DNA of 64,000 nt from Candidatus Omnitrophota bacterium (GTDB taxonomy: Bacteria; Omnitrophota; Gorgyraeia; Zapsychrales; Fredricksoniimonadaceae), in the NCBI GenBank assembly GCA_015233335.1, contig JADFXX010000001.1:70302-134301 (forward strand). Direction: 5' to 3'. The translations under genes and the position numbers were made by a program. Of the stretch, positions 1 to 10,000 are shown piece by piece. The notes under the pieces are model-generated. The model was not told where the DNA came from and did not search any database. It saw only the letters and a program-made list of their open reading frames with translations. How positions within the stretch are numbered: the first letter of the stretch is position 1; each line of letters starts with the position of its first letter.

Positions 1-1
1 T

Positions 2-331
2 GAACAAGAAGAGGTCCGTGAATCTTTAAAATCCATTCTGGCAGATCACTATGAACTGATTACAGTTGACTCCCCATCCATGGCTGTTGATATTTTGTCC
101 CACACCAAAGACATCAAAGTCATGCTTTTGAATATTCTTATGCCCCTCACCGAGGGACCGGACGACTTAAAGGAAATAAAAAAGAAATTCCCTCAGTTGA
201 GGGTGATTATGGTGGGCGGGCATAAATCAGCCCAAATCACTGTCCCAGGCGCAAACGGGCACATCGTTAAACCATTTAAACCACAAGAAATATTGGATCT
301 GCTTAAAAAGCACATAACTCCACTGCTCTAA
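2..331 (+). CDS. CheY-like response-regulator receiver protein, 5' end outside window
   Basis: Frame is open from nt 2 (EQEEVRESLKSILADHYELITVDSPSMAVDIL...), so the listed ORF 80..331 is only its Met-initiated tail. DIKVMLLNILMP...LRVIMVGGH...VKPFKPQEILDLL fits the C-terminal half of a receiver domain. Overlaps the stop of the convergent HD-GYP gene by 4 nt. Confidence 0.6.
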   Translation, partial: EQEEVRESLKSILADHYELITVDSPSMAVDILSHTKDIKVMLLNILMPLTEGPDDLKEIKKKFPQLRVIMVGGHKSAQITVPGANGHIVKPFKPQEILDLLKKHITPLL

Positions 332-1515
332 AGCTCGCCTTTATAAAAAAGCTCTACCAAAGCATCAACCGGCTTGCGGTCGAACTGTTTGTTAATCCCC
401 TGCTGGATTTCGAGAATGGCTTTATCCTTACTAAAACCTTTTCGATAGGGCCTGTCGGTAGTCATGGCATCAAAAGCATCTGCCACTGCGATAATAGCCG
501 CGATGATGGGAACGTCCGCTCCTTTGAGCCCCTCGGGATATCCTTTAGCGTCATAACGCTCATGATGATATTTAACGCCGCTGATGACCTCCTCAAAACC
601 TGTTAACGGCGCCAAAATCTCCGCTCCGCGGCTGGTATGGCTTTTCATGATCTCATATTCTTCAGGAGTCAATTTATCTTTTTTAGAAAGAATCGACTCC
701 GGTATGCCGATCTTGCCGATATCATGTAAAAGGCCGGCGATATATAAATTTTCAAAAAATTTATGCGGGAATTTATACGCTTGGGACGCCTCCATCTGGC
801 GTCCTATGGCCAAGGCGTACTTGGTCACCCGTTCGGTATGGCCATGCGTATAGGTGTCCTTGGCTTCTATAGCTGAACCTAAAGCAATAGTGGTCTGGAC
901 AAATAAATTACGGTTACGCTCTGCTTCCGTTCTTAGATCATCAAATAGCTGGGCATTACGAATAGCCATCGCCACATCGCTGGCCAAAGCCGAGAAAAAA
1001 TCAAGTTCTTCCTGGTCAAAACGGCTGCCGTCAATTCTTTCCCCAAGCAGCAAGACAGCTAAAAGTGTATGCTGATAATAAGCCGGCACACAGGCCACCG
1101 CATTTAGTTTTGGCAGCTGTTCACTGACGCTGTGCAAAAGCTGTTTGATCCCATTTCCGTTGGAAATGACACTTTCCCTCCAAAGCAGTTTGTTAATGTC
1201 TTCCACGACCAAGGCATTACGATTTTCAAAAATATATTTATATTCTCTTTTAATAAAAAGCCTGATCAAAGGATGCGTCTTGTTAAAACGGATCAAACCC
1301 TCGGGGATGCGTTCTCCCAATTGCCCTCGGGAAATAGATAAAACATAAATGTCTTTAACAGGGTCATAGAGGATCATTCCCGCATGCTGGATTTGTACTT
1401 TCTGGACGAGGGAGCGGACAATCAGCTTGATGAGCAGGCGGGGGTCGTGGATTAAGATCATCCCTTTGGCCGCAGACTCCAACTCACGCTTATAGTCGAT
1501 TTTTAAGGAAGACAT
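328..1515 (-). CDS. GAF-domain HD-GYP phosphodiesterase (c-di-GMP-type signalling)
   Basis: 395 aa. N-terminal GAF-like region. C-terminal HD-GYP motifs read directly: HTERV, LLHDIGKIGIP, HHERYDAKGYPEGL, ADAFDAMTTDRPYRKG. Confidence 0.9.
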   Translation of the reverse strand: MSSLKIDYKRELESAAKGMILIHDPRLLIKLIVRSLVQKVQIQHAGMILYDPVKDIYVLSISRGQLGERIPEGLIRFNKTHPLIRLFIKREYKYIFENRNALVVEDINKLLWRESVISNGNGIKQLLHSVSEQLPKLNAVACVPAYYQHTLLAVLLLGERIDGSRFDQEELDFFSALASDVAMAIRNAQLFDDLRTEAERNRNLFVQTTIALGSAIEAKDTYTHGHTERVTKYALAIGRQMEASQAYKFPHKFFENLYIAGLLHDIGKIGIPESILSKKDKLTPEEYEIMKSHTSRGAEILAPLTGFEEVISGVKYHHERYDAKGYPEGLKGADVPIIAAIIAVADAFDAMTTDRPYRKGFSKDKAILEIQQGINKQFDRKPVDALVELFYKGEL

Positions 1516-1516
1516 G

Positions 1517-1876
1517 TCAAACCATCAACTGTGCAAGAACAATTTTTTCAAGATCTTCTAAGATAAATGGTTTATGGATATAATCGATAGCTCCCAGTAA
1601 GCGCGCTTCATTGACCGTTTCTTCATCTTCGACACCGGAGACCATGATCACCTTGACCGAAGAGTTACCTTGACGCAGCTGGCGCAAAACTTCGATCCCT
1701 GTCATCTCCTCCATCTTCACATCCAGAAGGACTAAATCCGGGTGCTCTCGCTCGATGAGATCCAATGCCTGACGCCCGCCGGAAGCGACCAGAACTTCAA
1801 TTTGCCGTTTTTTAAAGAAATTCCGGGCAAATTCGCGGATGTCATTTTCATCATCAACAATTAATAATTTGGACAT
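1517..1876 (-). CDS. single-domain CheY-like response regulator
   Basis: 119 aa; KLLIVDDE...DLVLLDVKMEEMTG...KVIMVSG...IHKPF receiver signature. Stop is 1 nt from the HD-GYP start. Confidence 0.9.
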   Translation of the reverse strand: MSKLLIVDDENDIREFARNFFKKRQIEVLVASGGRQALDLIEREHPDLVLLDVKMEEMTGIEVLRQLRQGNSSVKVIMVSGVEDEETVNEARLLGAIDYIHKPFILEDLEKIVLAQLMV

Positions 1877-1897
1877 AATTTCAGTTTACCCAAAACA

Positions 1898-4048
1898 TCA
1901 CCCAATAGCAACAGGCAAAAATAATTTTATCTTCGTGCCCTGCATGAATTTCGAAACCATTTCCACGCGGCCGCCATGGTTCTCTTCCACTATTTTCTTG
2001 ATCACATAAAGGCCCAGTCCCGTCCCTCTTTTACTGGAAAGCTTGGTCGTAAAAAACGGTGTGAACAATTTATGCATATCCTCGTCTTTAACCCCCATGC
2101 CGTTATCTTCAAAAGCAATCTCCGCATAACCGTCTTGTTTAAAAACGCGCACCATCAGGGTGGGCCGGTAATCAGGCTCATTGCTCTCATTCTTCCTTTG
2201 CACCATGGCATCATAGCTGTTATCAATCAAATTAAAAAACACCTCCTGCAACTGGGTAAAATTGCCTTTCACTTTAGGGATCGTCATAGGATCATAATCA
2301 TGGACGACTTTAAGCAGATCTGATTTGATTTTGAACTGCGCCATTTCAAGGGCCGAATTAAATACGGACTGAATATCCACGGCAGAAAAACCCGCCTCAC
2401 CTTTACGCGTATATTTCAAAAGGCCCTGGACAATTTCCCCTCCCTGGACCACATTTTCCTGCACGCGGACAAAAGCCCGCTCCAACTCCGTCATCACATC
2501 CTTCATTTTGTCCGGCATCGGTTCATTCTGATTCAAATGAATGGTATCTAAAGCATCTCCGGCAATAAAGCCCAATGCATGAAATCTGTTATTGATCTGA
2601 TGGGACAGCCCATCCGCCATAGTCCCTATGGTAGCCATTTTTTCGGCCTGAAACAACTGTTGATGGGTCAGCCTTACATCCTCATAAAACTTGGCATTTT
2701 CAATAGCCAAAGCCGCCTGATTTGCCAAAATACTAAAAACAGCAAGATCATCTTCGGTATAAGACATGCCGGATTCTTTTTTACCCATAAAAATAATAGC
2801 AGTCAGGTTCTTATCGATAAAAATGGGGACGACCAATGCCCCTTCAAACGAAGCAATGATCTGTGTAATCTGGACCAGCAAAGGATCCTTGAGGTCCAAG
2901 GCTCTTTGTTTAAATTCCTCATAAACGATAAAACTTTTATTATTCAATAAGTACTCCAGCAAAGGAGAGCTTTTTGCAATCGTATCAATAAACTGGCCCT
3001 TCCCGGATTTTCTCTTGGATGCGCCCAAAACATACTCCTGACGAGCTTCGTCATAAATATAGATGAGCGCATGTTCGATTTGGATCGCTCGTATTAATAT
3101 ATAAACGATCATACCGCACAACTTATTCAAATCCTTGATCCTTCCCATACCGGCTGAAGCCCGTCTTAAAGTTGACTGATACCGCCGCTGCTCTTGTAAC
3201 AGGCGATCCTCTGCTCTTCTTTGAATATAAAGATAAGCAAAGGGGCCGAATGTGGCAAGAACAAGCATCGCCCATATGGCAACTTCCCACAGATGATACT
3301 TATACCCAAAAATAAAAGGGATCCCTAAAACAAAAGCATAAACGCCGATAAATATAGCCGTATTGGATACAACCAGCCGGACATCCATCAAGCGATATCT
3401 AAAAATGGCATAAGTAGCAAGCGCCCCATAAACACAAACAAGGATCTGGCCGTAAGGATAAATATTAAGGCCCCAGGCCGCCGGCGCCGTATTCATCCCG
3501 CCCCCGAAACCGAATATCATAGCAACAAATAAATACTTGGCCTGAATATTAGAAATCCCTTTAGAATTTTTAATATATTGATAAAGCTCATAGAAAGACT
3601 TGCCGACGATAACGCTCCAGATAAACATAAAAAAGTTGTATAAAAGATTCGTCCTGAAATAATAGATCTGATGAAATGAAAAAAAGACCCTGTCTCCGAA
3701 CATCCAATTTGTAAAAACGGTCAAAATAATAAATACCAAAGATTCAAAATATCCAAAGATCAAAAACCGGGAAGACTTTAAATTACAAAATATATAAATG
3801 ACATGATAATAAAACAGCGCGATCAGGATGATACCGACGGTAAACATCTTCCACCCCAAGAAAGCGGTATCATGGTCTGTGGTTGACCCGCTGACAAACA
3901 TGCTGAAACCCCAAAAAGAGATCGAATAATTGACATACGACCACACTTTATGGAGTTTATTCTTCCCAAAAAATGAAATGAGCAAAGCAAGGCCTAAGTT
4001 GATCAAACCAATGCAAAGCCCGGCTATTGAAAAATAATTATTGATCAT
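1898..4048 (-). CDS. polytopic membrane sensor histidine kinase with GAF domain
   Basis: 716 aa. About 280-aa N-terminal region with roughly 8 hydrophobic helices, then a GAF-like segment. H-box GLSHQINNRFHAL. HATPase boxes NLIDNSYDAM, DNGMGV, GTGLGLYV. The ATG (4048-4046) overlaps the PKS TGA (4047-4045) as ATGA. Confidence 0.9.
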   Translation of the reverse strand: MINNYFSIAGLCIGLINLGLALLISFFGKNKLHKVWSYVNYSISFWGFSMFVSGSTTDHDTAFLGWKMFTVGIILIALFYYHVIYIFCNLKSSRFLIFGYFESLVFIILTVFTNWMFGDRVFFSFHQIYYFRTNLLYNFFMFIWSVIVGKSFYELYQYIKNSKGISNIQAKYLFVAMIFGFGGGMNTAPAAWGLNIYPYGQILVCVYGALATYAIFRYRLMDVRLVVSNTAIFIGVYAFVLGIPFIFGYKYHLWEVAIWAMLVLATFGPFAYLYIQRRAEDRLLQEQRRYQSTLRRASAGMGRIKDLNKLCGMIVYILIRAIQIEHALIYIYDEARQEYVLGASKRKSGKGQFIDTIAKSSPLLEYLLNNKSFIVYEEFKQRALDLKDPLLVQITQIIASFEGALVVPIFIDKNLTAIIFMGKKESGMSYTEDDLAVFSILANQAALAIENAKFYEDVRLTHQQLFQAEKMATIGTMADGLSHQINNRFHALGFIAGDALDTIHLNQNEPMPDKMKDVMTELERAFVRVQENVVQGGEIVQGLLKYTRKGEAGFSAVDIQSVFNSALEMAQFKIKSDLLKVVHDYDPMTIPKVKGNFTQLQEVFFNLIDNSYDAMVQRKNESNEPDYRPTLMVRVFKQDGYAEIAFEDNGMGVKDEDMHKLFTPFFTTKLSSKRGTGLGLYVIKKIVEENHGGRVEMVSKFMQGTKIKLFLPVAIG

Positions 4049-7000
4049 TTTATCTTCCCGAGAATACGGTCCATCAAGTGCCGGGGGATATCCTCCCCGG
4101 ACGGGGCAAACAATCGGTCTCTTTTAACCCATAACAATGACTGCTGGGCCACTGCCAATTTTTTACCGTTGTCCAAGAAAATCTCAAAATTCAGGATCAA
4201 CCCTTGTGTATACACCCGGCCTAGATACATCTTCACCACAATACGGTCAAAAGGCATGGCTTCACCCAAATGGTCAATTTTAAACCTTCTGCAAATAAAA
4301 TCGTTTTTGATATCATTCGATAAATATAAATCCGGCCATATTTTATAAAAATAAGTATCCACCGTCCTGCCCACCCATATAGGATAATTAGCGAAATAAA
4401 TATTCCCCACTAAATTAGACTCCTCCAGGGTCGTTGGAATGTGCAATTCGCTTAAGAACAACTGACCGGTCTCATATTCTTTGATTAAATCTCCTAAACC
4501 AAAATGGTCGTTATCATAAAACCCTTTGAACGATTCATGATCAAACACCCCTGATCTTGGCTCCATTTTCTGCATCACATCCTTAAGAAAAGAAGGGAGC
4601 CTGTTCACCCTTGCCTGACCGTGGTCGAGGATCTTAACCCATGATATTCTTTGCAAAACTCTTGCCACTTCTTCGGCAGCGCCATCACCATTGTGCTTTA
4701 AAAAGTCAAAATACAGCTCATAGACATTATCGTTGATTTTATTCCCCAGCCAAACCCTGCCTTCGACGATATCTCCGGCGCTCAATTCTCCTTGAATATC
4801 TACGATCACATTATTGGTAGCAACGCCCCATTCTTTAGTTTCAACCACACCTGCTAATTGTTTTAAGACGGAAACAAGAGCGAATTCCCGTATTTCACCG
4901 ATCCACTCACAGTAGCTGCTAAAATTGACACGCCTGCCGGTTGATTTGCCATGCTTGAATACCACCGGAAATTTCTTAGCAGTCAATAATTTTCCCTGGG
5001 GGCCGGTATAATCCGCATGAAAATGAAAATACTGATCCTCGAACCCCAACTGTTTATTAAGCTCCTGTTCTTGATAAGCGCCCTGCCCCTTAAGCAAAAA
5101 GGTCAGCAATCTTTCGGCGCCCCGGGAAAATTTCACAACAAGACCGATGAATAAATCATCCCCATTTCTCAGGATATAATAATCATTTTTGGATATTTTC
5201 TCGAAGCGCAGGGCTTCTAATGACGCGCCTGGCGATGTTTTGATAAAAGTTTCGATACAAGTCCAAACAACGGTCCCTAAATAATCCCGGGAAGCCCCCT
5301 CACTATCCTTGATGATCGCGTATTTATCCCCTCCCAGCAAAGACAGCCATTCCTCGGAGGTCCTCGGAGAAATCGTTTGAATATCAATGCCATGCTCCTT
5401 TGGCCCCACGGAACACAGGATTAAATTGTGCTCATGGGTAACCGATAAATGGACCTCGGGCCCACCATCGGTTTCAGCCAGAGGTTTTCCATATTGGTCC
5501 CATTTAATCTCAAGCTTTATTGATTTTTCAAATTTTCTTAAATAATCCTGTACGACTTTGTTCAGAAAAGGCAATTCTTCCTGGTGCCTGTGCCCTTTAG
5601 ATATTTTTTCTAAATCGGGAATATACTGCAAAGCCGTCAGGGGAAATTTGACCCCCAATTCGCGCTCATATTTAGCTATCAAATCTTTGAGGATGATTTG
5701 ATCTCTTTGGCAAGGGTTGACAATGTCACCGGCCCGGGGATTATCGGGAAGGCTTTCGAGGATTTTTAAAACACAATTCTTAATTCTGACGGACTCATCA
5801 GCGCTGTTGACCGCCTGGGCATCCCCGCGATAATGTTCCATATCCGTACGTAATATTTCAGACAACACAAGTTTATGCTCTGCCGATCTTTGATGAGTTC
5901 CCACTTCTATTTCTTCAATATAATTCGGCAAACAAGCATCCTGGGACACGATCAATTGCATGGACTGCAAAACAGAATCGATGAAGAACGGATCACCGGT
6001 CAAGTATTTTGAAGATGAACCGTTAAAAACAGAGGTAAAAAGACATTCGCCTTTTTTCGTCTTCTCGTCATAGCAAAGCTCATGGATCCGGTCAATACGC
6101 TGAAAACTCTTGCCTTGAAACAAAATCGGCCCATACAGATCCCTTTGGGGAACAATATCCAGCACATTTGCGATTTTTCTTTCTTTACCGTTCTTCTTTG
6201 GTCGCACAGCTGTATCTTCAAGCTCAAACACAGCTGAAAAATGCGGTTTTCTGTATCCTGACTCTTGGGTATAGATCTCGACTTTAACGCTCAATACGTC
6301 ATCCTTTGAAACTTTTTCTAAAACCTGAGCATGAATTTCGATGGTAGCTCCGGTATCTTCAGAAACCGGGATCGGTCTTTTAAGTTCAATATTTCTTGCT
6401 TTGATATGATCCAAGCCCCGCAGCCCCAAAACCTGCACAACAGCCTGCGCCATAGCCTCCAGTCCAAAAACAAACGGAAAGAGCAAAGACCCCTTCCAAT
6501 TATGGTCCAATAAATAAGGGTCCTCTTTGACATTAAGGTGCGCCTGGGCGATCAATTCAACGCCAAGAAGGAAATATTTAATTTCCTCGATAAATCGAAA
6601 ATGATTAGCCTTAAAAGGTGCCATTTTCCAGGTTTCAAGTCCGGCTAATCTGGCACTCACAATAACCTGCTCAACACCCGGCTCAGTTTCTACCAATTGT
6701 CTAAAGCGCTTAACCCCCTCTGCAACAGATATCGATCCGATCCCTTTTTGGGCAAGGCGGCCAACACTGCCTAATTTGACCCCCATACCGACTTCATCCC
6801 AAATGCTATACGCCACCGAAACAACCTGTGTAGAGGGATGCCGCAATTTAAATTGATGAAGATATAAGTTTAAAATCTCATTAGACAGGCCATACCAACC
6901 GCTTGCCTCCATGCCGGTCAGGCCGATAATTGAGGTAATGCCAACGATCATTTTAGGCGGAGCATCCGACAGGGCACGACAAATATGAACAGCCCCCATC

Positions 7001-10000
7001 ACCTTAGGCAGCGATTCAACGAAAACATCGTTCACGCTTGACTGCTTGAGACGTTTTAGGCTGTTTAAACCTGCCCCATGAATGAATCCAGTGATCTGAC
7101 CCCGAGTTTCCCTGATCTGTTTAATGATGAGGGCAACACTATTTTCATCAGTCACATCACACTGATAATAGCTGGCCTTTAAATGTTCCCCTTCGAACTG
7201 TTTTAATGTCTGAACAATTTCATTACTTTCATCTTTATTGTCCTTAGGGCACGCTGAACGCCCGACCAATATCATCTGCGCTTGGGTAGTCCGGGCAAAT
7301 TCTAAAGCACATTGTGCGCTGACACCTTTGGCTCCCCCTGTGACTATAACGACATCCTGCGGCCCCCATGCGATACCGCGCTTTTTGTAATCTGCCGGCT
7401 GCGAAGTTTCATAATACGCCACTTTTCTGATCAGTTTCGAATCATAGGCAATCGCACTAAACCGCTCATAGGTTTGAAGTTCGTCCATAATGCTCGATGC
7501 AATTTCACTCTCAGAGGATTGAATATCGAAATCAATAACTCTCACCTTCAATTGCGGGCTCTCAAGAAGCAACGTTGATACCAAAGATTTAGCTGAGGAT
7601 GAAGCAATTCCGCCCCCCCATTGAACAACAACTATAAAAGTATCTGGGCTTAAGGGATGAGAATACACCAAACCGATCAGTTTATGCATTCTTTGGATGA
7701 TCTCTTTTAAAGAATTTTTGTCAAAATCACCTGATTGTCTTGGTCTGGGGAGGATCGTGATCAGGCAATCCATGGGCCCGGTGTTTGCGGTCTTATCATC
7801 GTAACAGATCTTTTGTGTTTTGATCTTCTGATCTTTAAACTCCCGGGTGATCCGATCAGCCAGAGGCTCATCCTCTTGTGAAAGGATTATCACCCGCTTT
7901 AATTCCTTAAGCTGATTAACGTTGCGGGTTTTGATCTCTTCCGGCTTAAAATCAAGGATGAAATTCCTGACCCATGTTTTCTCATGGTAACGTTTTAAGA
8001 TTTCGCCGACTGATTCTTCATAAGATCCTGCTTGGGCCAGAACAGCCAACTCGTTGAGCTGGTCCCTGATTTCTCCTAAAGTGTTATTGGAAAGCTTCGT
8101 GGGATCCGCTTGTCCTGCCACTCCAAGCAGACGTCCCGCCCGGGCAATAAGTTCTGCCGCCTTAATGGAATCCAAATTCAGGTCATCCAGCAGTCTTGAG
8201 TTCAAAGCAATCGATTCTTTATCAAAACCTGTGATCTGATGGGTCAGATCGATCAAAAGATCAGCGATGTTATCCTTACCTCTAACTTGAGCCGGCAGGC
8301 CTCCGGGTATGATTTCTGCCGTTGACTGAAGCGTCCCTGCGGTTTGCGGCAGCTTTCGTAAAAGTTCAGTTTTCAAAATTTGATCGGCGATTTTCAGCGG
8401 ATATTCACACTGGTTCTCGATGAATCTTTTTCTAGATGCTGGGACAAATGTTCTGATCAGCCTGTTTTTATATAGATCTTCCCATTGAACAGGAATATTA
8501 CGTACAAACAATTCAGCAAGTACAATATTTAAATCACGGTCATTATAGGCGCTCGATTCGACAGGCAGACAAAGGGGGCCTTGGCCTTTATTGATGGCAC
8601 GGACCAAGTCTGTCAGCACTCGTCCGGGGCCGACTTCGATTAAAACATCGCACTCTTGAGCAATAACCCCAACCAAACCGACAAAATCAACGGGCAAAAT
8701 CACCTGCTTAGAAAAGTATTCTTTAATATTGACTAAAGCGCCGATGACCGCGGAATTGATGCCTGAATAAAGCCTGATCCCATTGGGTTTAAAAATTTCA
8801 GGGAGGATCCGGCAGGACCGGATCTTTTTTGAGACCGGCACCATCAAAGGAGAATGAAACGCTCCCGAAACATTCAAACGATGGGTCGAAATATCCTGGG
8901 CTTGGGCGGACTTGATTATTTTCTCAATTTCTTGATTCCCTCCGGACACGATCACCTGATTTGGGCTATTGATATTAGCCAGAACAATGTTGCCTTTGAC
9001 CTTAAAGACAAGTTCTTCGGCTTTGAGTTTTGAACAAAATAAACTAACCATGCCGCCGCCCAATCGTCCTTGGGTTGCCATCAATGCTCCGCGCAGCTGG
9101 GCAAATTGAATAAGAGTTTGCCGATCAAAAGCGCCGGCTTTATAAAAGGCTGTTAATTCACCCAAACTGTGGCCGGCAACAAGATCAGGCTCTATATGAA
9201 GCCGGGACAAAAATTCCGTCCAAATCAGAGAACTTAGGACGATTGCCGGCTGAGTGATTTTGGTGTCCGATAGTTGTTTTTCAAATTCTTGGGTCGTCTC
9301 TTGGCCAAAGAACTGATCGACGGATTTATAGATACTCTCGGACAAGGGTAGTTTAGACAGCGCGAGCAAATCCCGTGCCCATCCAAAACGTTGAGTTAAA
9401 ACCCGGGTCATATTCAAACGCTGTGAACCCTGTCCGGGATATAAAAACCCTATCCGGCACCCCTTAACCGCGCGGCTTAAAAGGATCAGTGTTGCGGGAT
9501 CATTGGCTTTGACGGGATGAATTTGACCTTCATCCAGTGAGGCAGTGTTGATTGCCTCTTCGAGTAAAACCATAGCGTCATACAAATGTTCGGGTGAATC
9601 TGTGACAATAGCCGCCTTGACCGAAAAGCTGTTCTTGGCTTTCTTATTTAAAAACGCAGCCAAGTCCGCCATTTCAGCGATACTGATATTGCGCAGGTCT
9701 TCTTTGAATTTTGCGATAATTTTCTTAAGATGAGCAACGGTCCGGGAGGTAAAGACAAAAACCTCACTCTGCTGGGGACTGACAAATAATGCCCCCTCGT
9801 CGATCTTAGGTTTTATGGCTTCGAGGGGCTTGTCATAAGATTCAACAGCCACATGACAGTTGATCCCTCCGAATCCGGCCGATGATATCCCCGCCCTAAC
9901 GGACTTGGCTGGTGATAGTACCGCTCCTTGAATAAGCGGATACAAATTCTTGGCCTTATCTTTGAAAACATCATTAGGTTTTACACAGCTGGCCGTAGGA